A DNA stretch of 25,709 nucleotides from Ancylonema sp. (GCA_050230475.1 JBFLGF010000060.1:62001-87709); one strand, 5' to 3'; numbered from the stretch's first letter, positions 1-10,919 are shown. Notes: generated by a model from the letters alone, not told the origin. Translations and numbers: made by a program.

Positions 1-1531
1 TCCTTTTGCATCTGGCTCAAATAAATGGCCTCATTTCCACAGCACTCCCCCAAATACTCACTCTCACAGCTTGAGTGTGTGACTGTTTCCAGGAGACCAC
101 TTTTCCAGCTCACAGCGGCTCCTCCACTAAGAAAGACATAGCCAATTCTCCTCTTCCTAGTGTCGACGTCGCCAGTTTTTCCACTGCAAGTGTAAGACCA
201 CCCTGCTTCTCTGGCTTTCTGACCGCTGAACAGATTAATGCGCATCCCAGGAATGTATAATCATTTCTTGAGTGTTACTCCTCCACACTCTCCATCAGTA
301 TTCAGCTCAATTGTTCCCCACTGCTTCACTCGCACACTTCCGACCAGATGATGCATGATGACCTCGTGTGGAATGTCTTCGAGGATTTTGAAATCTTCGA
401 GGATATTTCTGCCCACAGGAATGGTGACTGGAACCATCGTCGAAAAGGAAATCTTTCTCTGCATCATCGTCATCTGCAACATTTCCTTCACAGATCTCAG
501 CGACGACAGCTTCTCCATGACCACAGCTCTTCTCCTCATCGATTTCGCCAACGAAAGCTGTTTTTCTCCCAGTGCTTACCCCCTTTCTCTGCATTCGTGG
601 AGCTTCGTTTTTCTTGTCGAAACATGTTAATTCCACATGACCAATGGCTCCACAATATTTGCATCTTGGAGCAGTCTCTGCTGTAGTGACCTGTCTCTCC
701 ACAAGTATAGCAGGAATGTCCTCCACTTGATCCACTGCCTCCACCTGTGCCTCCACGACCACCTCTGATTCCACGATTATCTGCTGAATACCCCCTGAAT
801 GTACCCCTGCCTACGATTGTCGATACCACCACCTCTGCCTTGGCTCCACTTAGCATAGTTTGCTCTACAACTAGTGCCTCAGCATCTTTTACATCTTTTT
901 CTTTCTTGTCGTCCAGCTCATCCATTCCCATCTTCTGCCCCCAGATCCAGCTGATCCCAGGTGCCTCTTTTTTCTGTCCATAGTAAATCAACATGCCGTA
1001 TTTTGTTCTTGACATGCCAGCGAGACATGCCAGCAAACAATGCCATCACCTAATCTTCTGCGCTGACTAGAATTTTTTGATGTACACACTCTCTGATGAT
1101 CGACAAAAAGGTATTCTTGATTTCTCTGACTGGCATCTTTTCATCAATCTTGAAAGAGTTCAGCTTTTCTTTTGCAATCTGTCGAAGTTCTGGAGATACC
1201 TTGTCATACTCCTCTGTCAGATAGTCCCACATCGCCTTTGGATCTCGTTCAAATTGTTCAAGTAAGTGATGTAGCGATGTCGTCACTGACAAGTTGCATG
1301 AGTAGTATGACTGCCTTCTTTGATCTTTTGCGGAAGCTTCTGACATCAAGTGTATACTGCGCCATTTCTGCTTCATTTGTTGGCCAGTGTTCATCATCAT
1401 ATCTGGCTGTAACCTCAGTTGGAATAGTCTCTGTTCCTTTTCAGATCTCAAGGCACTCAGCATCATCAAGAGTAGCTGAGGCCTTAGATCTCCATGCTTG
1501 TAAGGTAACTTTATCTCCATCCAGAATGCAG
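1..1531 (-). pseudogene. Copia gag-pol pseudogene (gag, 2x zinc knuckle, protease, RNase H; integrase and RT missing)
   Basis: Motifs are spread over several frames (ORFs 1050..1568, 536..1036, 307..774, 261..551), with in-frame stops, e.g. TGA at 263-261. Confidence 0.85.
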
Positions 1532-1540
1532 CTGATACCA
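1532..1540 (-). other. Primer-binding site (tRNA-iMet type, TGGTATCAG)
   Basis: Plus-strand ctgatacca, 1 nt from a CA LTR terminus, directly upstream of gag-like sequence. Confidence 0.75.
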
Positions 1541-2307
1541 CTGTGAGTGCTTTCTTCATAAAGTTCACTTCTTCTTAATCACAATTCTCTCAGACAAATC
1601 GACAGATCACGTCATTACAAACGTTGACACAACAAAAGTGCAAGTTTGAAGTAGAAAGTATTGATTTCTGATTACAGAATTCGGCATACAAGCTCAGACC
1701 TAGTACAGTCGATTGTTGCCTGGTCAAAGAATCTATTGGTATCGAAACTACTTCGTCAACTGCCAATCATATCTAAGCATTCTGCCACATCAACGAGTTC
1801 TTATCGACACTTGTGCCAGAGGGCCAAGTAATCATTGAAACAAGGACATCGGCCCGCAGCCGGCCTGCAGCCTGCCTGCAGCCTGCATTTGCTGAATAAC
1901 GACAAAACTAAAGCTAAATTCCGGTATTGCTAAAATTAACGCTAAAAACTAACATTTTCCTTGTTGTGTTCTTCATCAACTTTTGAACATTAAAGGGTGG
2001 GTCGGGTCAAATTAAATAATTCAATTTGGCAAAAAAGTGGGTCATTCTATAATGTGGGTCACCAGATAATAATTATTTTTTAGGATTTTTAGAAATTTTA
2101 TATTGGGTGCGCGGGTTGGGTCAAGTGGTGGTTTCTTAGTTGAATTAATTCGTTTCTTAAAACCCGGGTCATTATGTATGACCACTACAGTATAGGAATA
2201 TATATAAAAATATAAAAATATAATAAAGATTTACTTCATGAGAAACTTTTTCGGATATTTGATAAAATCTTTCATTTTGAAAAAATAGGATTCATTTACG
2301 ATGCCTA

Positions 2308-2747
2308 GAGCATCCGCTACGGCCTCACAAAACTTGGAGCATAATTTGGAGAAATGCTCGATGATGATCAATTTATCATGCAAAATGACAAATGCTTAAT
2401 TTGCATACGTTACGGCCTGAGCATTCTGAAGCAAAATCTTTGCCCCGTAGGCGAACAAGTAGTTTCCGATTGGTCTGGGTGAAACTCTTAAGTTTTCTGC
2501 CACGTAGTCGAACCGTACGAGAATCGGATTGGTCCAGAGGTTACGCTCAGCCCGATGATTTACGCAAATTTCTGAGCATATTTTGGGAAAATTTGCGGCA
2601 AGATATGCGTAAATCAACCGGCAGAATGTCCTGAACATAATTATTGTGATATGCGCAGACCACAACTTTCGTCATTTCGGATGATTTGAGCATCTTAATG
2701 GCAGAAGTCAAAAATCCGGATGATATGCGAGGCCGTAGCGGATGCTC
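2308..2747. mobile_element. Tourist/PIF-Harbinger-like MITE (440 bp)
   Basis: Perfect 19-bp TIR GAGCATCCGCTACGGCCTC (2308-2326 / 2729-2747), flanked by a 3-bp duplication CTA (2305-2307, 2748-2750). No coding capacity. Confidence 0.88.
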
Positions 2748-2817
2748 CTAGTATGGTGTCCTGACCAATTTGGATCCGCTACTATGCCCAAAGACATGTT
2801 CCAAAATAAGTAAACGT

Positions 2818-2989
2818 TTATTATTATTAGTATTACTATTATTATTATTATTATAATTATTATAATTACAATTATTATTATTGTTATTATTAGTATTATT
2901 ATTATTATTACTTTTGTTACTATTATTATTATCATTATCATCATTATTATTATTACTATTATTATCATTATTATTATTATTATTATTAT
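2818..2989. repeat. Imperfect (TTA)n microsatellite
   Basis: About 170 bp of tta units with scattered substitutions. Confidence 0.97.
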
Positions 2990-5115
2990 GAAAACCGTGG
3001 TTAGGTCGGATCCGATCAGGTGATCTACAATTTGGCGCAGATCCCGTCCGGAACGGCGAGTCGGAACTTCCGGATCAAGTCCGATCCGGCTCCGATCCGG
3101 ATCGGAGATGCAGGGGGGTCTTGCCCAACTTTGCTTTATATTATTTGTAAATGTAGTGTTCCTTGCCAATCTGGTCCAGGACCAAGTTAGAGCGGCCACA
3201 CATTCAGTGGTCCGGAATTGTACTTGTATTGCCTTCACACCTACACCCCACATTTAGGGTATCAAACACAAGAGTCCCGAACCCGGAGACCCCAACCAAA
3301 AACCGGTACCCTGATACCGACCAAGAATCAAAGGGAAAATGAGCTTTGTGTGCCCCAAGCGCTTCACCCCTCACACGGTTCGACCAAACTCGCTAAAACA
3401 ATCATGAAATGCGCGTAATGTTCACTAAGTTGGCCTGAGCGAGTTTTCTCGTGTGATTTTTTTAATCCTGTACCGTGAAGTCACCGGTGTGTGTAAACCC
3501 TTTATCTGACAAGTGCACCGAGACTCTGCGCGCATTCTCCCAAACAAACAACAACACATGTGTGTCTAGAGCACCGCAAATCACGACAGTAAGCATGTTT
3601 TTATGACAACAAACATTGCCAAGCCAAAGGAGGAGGAGAAAATAGAATTGAGTCGAGCCAACTTCGTTCATCGATTATGTAAATGACATGTTGATATTGT
3701 GTATTGTATATTGTATTGATGTTCAGATTTTGATGTGAAATTTCCCAATGTTTGTTTCGATGGACTACATGAAAAAAACTAGTATGCATTTTGATCTCAT
3801 CCAATTGGGAATAAAACTAATCTAAATGTTTTTTTAATGGGTTTTTTGTGAAAAACACTCAACTCCTTCGAACTTTAGGTTTTTATAACTTATTCTTTCT
3901 GAAAAGTATAATATATAACATTTTTAATAGTGCAAAAGAGAAAATAAATCCCCACTTTTTCTCCACGGAAAACCTCTTGAATTCTCGAAAAACATATACT
4001 ACCCTAAACAAGCGGTCCGGATTTTTGGCCAAAAAGGTTGGCCCCCAATCCGGAACCGGGACCTCGGAATCCCGGACCTTTGGCCCGTGCAACTACGAAA
4101 AAAACAGACACATGTGTATATGCATTACGTTTTGAAGTTTATAGCTAAGTACAATTAATCTCCTCATGTTTTTGTATCATGTTACAAAATATTGTTGTCG
4201 CATATTTGTAGTCAAATTCATTGTCATGGGAATAACCAACCTTGTGTTTCTAACAAATACACGTATATATTCTAAACTATGCTCTTTTTTTTGGGTGTTG
4301 GGTAGCCCCGGACGTGTCCGGGGCTACCATGTCTCAGACAACAGATGTCCGGGATAAATGCCGGACTCGGCGCAAACAAGCGTGTCCGGGACCCAACTAT
4401 GCTTTCGAGTGCATACGAATATCCCACCACACACTTGAACTTGATTACCGTAGATGATGTTTTTTTCTTTCCTTACCACCCCTATTGACCCCGAAACATC
4501 AGGGAATCTTGCGGATCGTTCCGGACGAGTCCGGTCAACCACCAACGCGAGAACAGTCCCGTTCATGTAGCACATCACTCAAGTATGCTACTTGCCATCT
4601 CAGCTTTGACATAATTTGATTGGTAATCATGCTAACCACGTCAGCTACATGTGAAGTATCAACTTTTTACAATAATGGTCCAACATATTCTACCTTTAAC
4701 AGATGGGTGTAACCAATTCAAGGGCTCGATTTCGTGCCTTTTCAGAAAAGTATCCACACTAAATTAGCAGATGCAACACTACGGATTCGTGTTACGCACC
4801 TAAGTAAGTTGTGAGTTCCAAATATTTAGATACAGAATGTCTTGAGCTTCTCTGCTTGAATAAGACTATTTCCAACAACTCGAGGCACATAAGAAAAAAC
4901 CTTCTCCAACTGTCGATGCCCACACGCCATGTATGGAATCCGACGAGAATGGATGGGATAGACACACTACACCCCCCTTATTCATGCACTCTTGCAACTA
5001 TTTGAAGTGGAGAAGTGCCACCCTTTCCTTCAACCCCGTAGTTGTTCGTCTGATTGAGAACCGTTGTTGTTCTTGTGCCACGTTGTGAAAGAAAACGGCA
5101 CCCCTCTCCGTATCT

Positions 5116-6560
5116 CTACTTGTCACTCGTCAGTCCGACAGATGCGCTTGCAACGAGTCTCCCGCTGTCATCCATGGTCATCGGGTTCTCCACAAGAACG
5201 GTTTGCTGCAACACAAGACAAGACAATACTAATTAACCCCCCTTTCCCATCTACTCCAATATCCTTGGTTACTCTCCTCTATTCTAATATCCTTGGTTAC
5301 TCTCCTCTATTCTTATATCCTCTGCTCCCCTCTATTCTGATATGTTGTACTCCCTTCAGACATGGTGTGATTCTCACCGCCGAGGACGATTGCGGTCGTT
5401 GCATGGGGAGAGGCATCCGCGTTTGTCCCACGCTGACGTTGGAAACGAATTGACAGATGGCGCACTTCACGGATTGCGCCCCGTACGCGTACATGAGCGT
5501 CATGCCGCACCCGCCACAGTTGATGTGCGCCACCTGACCGGTTTCCATGGAGAGGTTAACCGTGTGGCAGCACGAACACTGCACGCTGGAAGCACCACGC
5601 AGGTAGGCGAGAAGAGTCCGGCAGCCACCACAGACCAGCTGGGACATTTCCGTGCCTAAAACCACAGACACCACAGACACCACAGGAAGGGGATTCAGTG
5701 GAGGGTGAGTTGCAATGATCCTGCGGGTACGGATACGGGTACGGATACGGGTACGGGAGCGGGTACGGATGCGGGTACCTCCTGGAGGGACTGCGGTGAC
5801 CGTGCTGCAGAGCGCGCATCGCACGTTGGTGGCGTTGTGAGGGTAGACGAGGAGGGTGCGACATCCGCAGCAAATGATCTGACTCTGAGAGGCTGCAAGG
5901 ACAGAGGAGCGGAGGTGCAGAGGGTGGGGAAAGGCAGGGGGCACGGGTGGAGGACAGTCATGAGACCAGATTTACGCGGACGGCATCAAAGTGGATAAGG
6001 AAAGTGCGGTTGGGAATGATTTAAGCACTATGGTATACGCTCTAAGGTCAAGCCAGCGAGGGCATTGGCCATATCCTGAATGAATCAGTGCACTATGTCA
6101 AGAGTTCCGAGTTTTTCTTTTTAGAAAAATCTGCCACTTTCTCCACGCGAGCTGCGCCGATTTTATTTTTTCTTCCGAGCTTGTGTTCATAACAGCAGAC
6201 AATTTGATGACGAAGAGTATTTGAACAATTGGTACAGCAACTCTGTCCTAACCCAGCCCTAGTACCTTGAGGTGGCTGGATATGAGCGGGTGGGGGTATG
6301 GGCTGAGGAGGATAAGCGCCGAGGCCGACCGGTTGGATTAGCTGGGGCGCGGGAGCTGGAGCTATTGGAAAAGGGGTCGTGCTGGAGGACGGGATTGAAG
6401 CGGAAGTAGAGCGTGTCGGACCGTTCTGGACCACAGGCGGCGGTACAGGTGCGGAACTTTGCGGGGCTGCATTTGTGGTGGTGGTGGTGGGTGGGGGAGA
6501 TGTCGGGCCCGCGTCGAGCCTGTGATAAGAGCCTCCTGCGGCGGGAGCATTTGACAGCAT
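5116..6560 (-). CDS. LSD1: LSD1/LOL1-family zinc-finger protein (3x zf-LSD1; cell-death regulator family), 258 aa, 4 exons
   Basis: Exons 6560-6266, 5892-5779, 5655-5378, 5205-5116 (777 nt; GT-AG introns; phases 1,1,0 consistent). Three CxxC-x-L-x-Y-x2-(G/N)A-x2-V-x-CxxC fingers: [66 protein letters not shown]. The last exon [29 protein letters not shown] matches the LSD1 C-terminal motif as I recall it. An in-frame TAG lies upstream of the ATG at 6560. Confidence 0.93.
5258..5338. repeat. 28-bp tandem repeat in LSD1 intron 3
   Basis: aatatccttggttactctcctctattct twice (5258-5313) plus a degenerate third copy. Confidence 0.9.
5724..5778. repeat. 12-bp tandem repeat (cgggtacggata-like) in LSD1 intron 2
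   Basis: About 4.5 units abutting the splice donor. There is also a 9-bp accacagac repeat (about 3 units) at 5661-5685 near the acceptor. Confidence 0.9.
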
Positions 6561-7691
6561 GCTGCCGAGCAAAGACGACTGGAGATCACGATGTTGGCCA
6601 ATGTGGAGCCCCTACGTCTGGCCCTCCTTCACAGTTCAGCTCGGGACGGGTCCAGAGAATCTTTCTCGTTACCTCTTGCAAGCACCCGCGAGAGGAGTAG
6701 CGCGTCAGTATTGGGGGTTCGAGAGATGTTCTGGAGGAGTTTTGTACGGAAGGGCAAGATCTAATCCTGCATTTTTAGCTGCCAAAGAAATTTGTCCGTA
6801 CCCACCCCTTTGGTCCGCCCGGAAATAGTTTACTGCACGTCAAACCGCAGTTACCTTGTCACTCTTCTGACGGCGTCAGGACAAGCGGCCTCCCGGACCT
6901 ACATTTAAAATTGGACTGACGACCAGGGCTCGATTTTAGCCGTCAATGACCGTCAACGTCAGCTTCAGGTGTCGGCCTGACCGTCAGCCAGACCAGGGTC
7001 AACTGAAGCGATCAGGAATACCGAACGACATTTCGTTGACGACCTACGGTATCGAAATACCTACACGGTGGTTTCAAATTCGGACCAATCAGAACTCCAG
7101 AAGACGGATAATTATCATTACTGCGGAATTTTGGACTGAATTTTTACGGAGGTTAAGCAATTCTGGACCTCCTGCACTCTGGGAATAACGGCCCGCTCAA
7201 CGTCTCCAACATTGGGCTCATCTGACTCATTGTTCTTCCAGATCGCAGTGGACAGATGGCATCTCAGGAAGGTGCAGCAGGCATTTGAGACACATATCGC
7301 ATATGTTGTATTTGATTAGAGCTGAAAAGATTGCAGAAAGCTTTATTCGGGTCGAGTCTATGTTGGCTTCACGTACACATGCGAAGTGAAGGCTGATCTT
7401 CTGCAAAGGGCGTGGTCGGAGACGGTGGGGAACTGCCAGGACATGCTGCCTGACTTCTTTCGAGATAACTGAGTCACGCCTAAGAAATGGGCGAAAAGAG
7501 TAACCAGACCGCCAATAAAAGAAATAAAAGATGACAGAGTAATGTCATATGTTTTGCGTGCTTATCTAGAATGGTCAAATCAATGGTCAAATCAATAATG
7601 CCATATGAGGCACAAAAAATAGAAAGACTCGTGCTCAGGTGCTTTGCGTACAGACGTTTGAGTATTCAAAGTCGGGTGAGACTATGAAAAC

Positions 7692-7734
7692 GTGACACCG
7701 TGACACCGTGAAACCGTGAAATCGAAAAACCGTA
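7692..7734. repeat. Short 8-bp tandem repeat (gtgacacc/gtgaaacc)
   Basis: gtgacacc gtgacacc gtgaaacc gtgaaatc, decaying to the right. Confidence 0.8.
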
Positions 7735-9208
7735 AGCCACAGATGTGAGTAGTACCATAATAGTACCTCAGTGCAATTTTCAGATGCTATGTTGCGAAGC
7801 TCTGCTCAAACAATTTCCAGAGACTATGGAGTACCTGAGCGCATCGGAACTGTGTCTTGTCAATAACAGTCCTTCAATCCCACCGTATTTCCATTTTATA
7901 CATGACAACATTAAGCTGCCCATCAGCAGCTTTTCCTCAAGATCGAGGGACCTCTTGACAGGTGTCCCTGGTAATGCTGGACTGCCCCTGACGCCTCACC
8001 CATTTAATTGGTGGCACTTTCTGATATGCAATTAAGCAAAGTCTGACCTTATTGGGTAGCGCAGTCCCGCTTCCGTAGTCCCGCTTCCGTTGTCTGCTAC
8101 TTCTGTGGCTCTACACCTCTGAGCTCTGGGCTCTGGAATCTGGACTCTATGCATGCACACGGGGGTTAGAAGTCGGTTTCCTTGAAAACCTGCCTGCCAT
8201 ACGCAACTGCATTGATTGCCTTTTCGGTCGGCTGCCATTGTCCCTCACGAAGCTCATACGCATTTCGGAACATTGTCAATCTCTCGCTGCGTAAGTGCGA
8301 TAGTCCTTCCCCCATCCCGTGCAAGTTGGGATGGGGGGAGGGCAAGAGAAGGGGACAGACAAAATGGAGAGTGGGAGCAAGGGGGGGAAGGGAGCACAAC
8401 GGACTGTGTGCTTTTGTTGTGTTTGGAGGAGAGGCGTGGGGTTTTAGAGGAAAAGCCCAAGCATAGGGGAGGGTAAACGGATCACTACAGGTTCCACGTT
8501 CAAGGAAAAAAGTGTGTTCATAGGATACTTATTATGCAGGTTGTGGCATTATAACACGCATGTTATGTAGCTGCACTCATTGCAATGAAAAACTCCTTGG
8601 TTGTTTTGAATATTGTAGTTAGTTCTCTAAAAAAATCAAGAAAAATCAGTATCTTTAGTTATACAATGTGCAGGTACTCTTCACATGGAAATGTATTTGT
8701 GCAACTCGGTATACAGTAGATAATATGTGTTGGCGTGTTTCACATCAGCTATGTATCCTTGGTAATGTACTTGTAAGTGAAAATGTTCAAAGTGTTAATG
8801 TCGTAGTTGTTTTTAGTTATGATGTTTCCATGTTTTTTTGTTTTTCATTTGACGTAGGTTTTTCAACTCTGGAAAATTCCTCTCACCTCTTGCAAATGCG
8901 AGGCGCTCCCTACTTAGAAGTCCCTTCAAAGAATATATTGACAATTCTATCTAAAAGTGAATGCTCTTTTTTTGGTTTGCGCAATGTTGTGGACGGATAA
9001 ACAGATTCTAGTCGATGCGCCTGCAACATATTTGGTTTGCGAATGCCCCCATGATTTGAACGAAAGAAAGGCCACAATGTTGAGTAGAAAAATACACGAT
9101 TGAGACATCTAAGCAATCGTCTTCAAACCTAATACGTTGGGGAGAACGCGCATCAAAACATAATTGTGCGCTTTGCACTGTCGTACTCGTCGTTGATAGG
9201 CGCGATTC

Positions 9209-9290
9209 ATAGTTGGGCGCGCAAAACTAAAATTGTGCACATGTTTGAAACATGTGCGCTCAACCCCGCGCACATGTGCGCGCCTTACTA
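9209..9290. repeat. Small inverted-repeat element (mini-MITE-like)
   Basis: tagttgggcgcgca ... tgcgcgccttacta form an imperfect TIR. The left end recurs at 24905 (tagttgggcgcgca). Confidence 0.55.
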
Positions 9291-10919
9291 TGGTGCAATT
9301 GGAAGCCGATCGGATGTATTTTTACATTCGAAAGCTTGATGCAGGAATCAGCATTGACGAATTGGGATCGGCTTTTCCAAACTTGGAAGTGTTACATCGC
9401 GAATTGGAACTCCTTCATACCGTTTGGAGACGTCTACAAGGAACGTAACCAAAATACTGAATATTGTGTTGATTGTGTTGTCACTAGCGTTGTGAATGTT
9501 ACGTTCACACCTTTCATTTACACTCGTGTGTAACACGTGACGTAACGTAAAACGTAAAAAAACATGTATTTTGTACGTTTTACAAAATAATTGGTAAATT
9601 ACACGTTACAAGGGCCAAAATTCCCTCAAACGTAATATCCGGTAAAGTTCTTTCATATGAATTGATAAAATATTAATTTATACATTACATAATAAATATA
9701 TAGATACAGATTTTCATTAAAAATAACAAACAAAACAAAACGTGGGTTTATGTTAGTAGTCAGTCACGATGAATACTTATGTGCAGATGTTATCCTCGCA
9801 ACTGTCATTCACGGTAAATTCGTGCTTAAATATCTTGCCCGAAATCGCCATTTACCATGGAAATTATTTACATTATCTACACCGGTAAGTGTGATTTACC
9901 CATGTCTTACACTACACGTTTCGCCTGTTGGTAATTTACCACAACAAAAAAAAAAACAAAAAAAAAAAAACAAAAAAAAACGGAATCTTACATAACGCGT
10001 AAAAATACCGTAATTACTACAAACAAACCCCGAAAAAAAAAAAAAAGTAATTTCACAACGCTAATTGTCACGTTTTCACTGGGGACACCCTTCCCAGACC
10101 TACACATGTGCATTTGCAAATTTGTATGGATATCCCAACTTGATGACCATTGATTGCTTAAGCAATCACATGTAGAGTGGGGGGCAAGCGGCGAGCGTGC
10201 AATTCGAACTTATTCTGGCCAACCACAGTTTCATCCAAGCTCCCAATACAAGTCGATTGATGTATTCTTCTGTTCTTGATTTCATTGTCCTTTCAGGTGA
10301 AACACGATGGAAACAAGTCACACCTTTCAATCGTCGACCTTTTTTTGACCTATTTCAATTTGCTTCAACGCTTTGTAAGTACACATTTGCATTTTGAGGC
10401 GAGAAGGTCAAAGGGTTGGGTACAATTTGATAATACGTCAAGAGTGTTAGGATGTTGCCCCCCCCAACCTTGCTTAGTTCATGAGGCTGGCCCCCACTGT
10501 TCTACACATGACTATTGCATTGGTGAAATTTACAATAATATCATTACAACCCAAGTTGCCAAGTTGTCAACCATACCAACCATTCTTTTGACCTCTTTTT
10601 GTGTGTGCGATACAAAAAAGGAGTGTTTTAATATAGCGAGACCTATGCTCCCCCCAAAAAGGTGTTGAAGTGACGACTATCAAAATATTCAAACACAATT
10701 TCCTAAAGCAAGTATCATACATAGCCAACGGAATACGAGACAATCTTGGCAATGACCACGTAACACTTGAGTCAGAGAAACCAACGAGATGGGCTTGCGA
10801 ACACCATAACACATATGCATTCAACATAGAAAGATTTAGGGCATATGCATAACATACGATTCTTTGGCCTAGTCGGTTTTGAGTGTCGCAACTCCGCAAA
10901 AAAAAAATCTCCGATTCAT

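Larger units (their letters stand above)
1..1848 (-). mobile_element. Decayed Ty1/copia LTR retrotransposon (5' part), internally deleted, continues beyond the left window edge
   Basis: Minus strand. An LTR-like end (...CTCACA at 1542) is followed by the PBS-like TGGTATCAG (1540-1532). Then come gag-like sequence (DPKAMWDYLTEEY), CCHC knuckles CYTCGETGHYSRDC (712-671) and CKYCGAIGHVELTC (663-621), protease-like FLFDDGSSHH...LYIPGMRINLFS, and RNase H-like GDVDTRKRRIGYVFLSGGAAVSWKS...SSCESEY (about 175-55). Stops and frameshifts are present. The outer LTR boundary (about 1842-1848) is a guess. Confidence 0.88.

Noticed and set aside
2708..3253. 181-aa ORF with a poly-Ile 'transmembrane' stretch
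   Set aside because: It is a translation of the (TTA)n microsatellite and flanking TE sequence.
5556..5873. (PY)n extensin-like peptide
   Set aside because: It is an alternative frame of the intronic 12-bp repeat overlapping the LSD1 gene.
5297..5944. 215-aa single ORF as the complete LSD1 protein
   Set aside because: It starts inside intron 1 and reads through introns 2 and 3. The spliced model restores the conserved linker and C-terminal motif.
7745..8476. Cluster of short overlapping ORFs
   Set aside because: No recognisable motif, and I could not build a phase-consistent exon chain.
10567..10899. LNLSMLNAYVLW resembling a piggyBac transposase motif
   Set aside because: It is an isolated match in the probable 3'UTR of the 5-exon gene. 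There is no upstream GVD..DQ motif and no TTAA-flanked TIRs.
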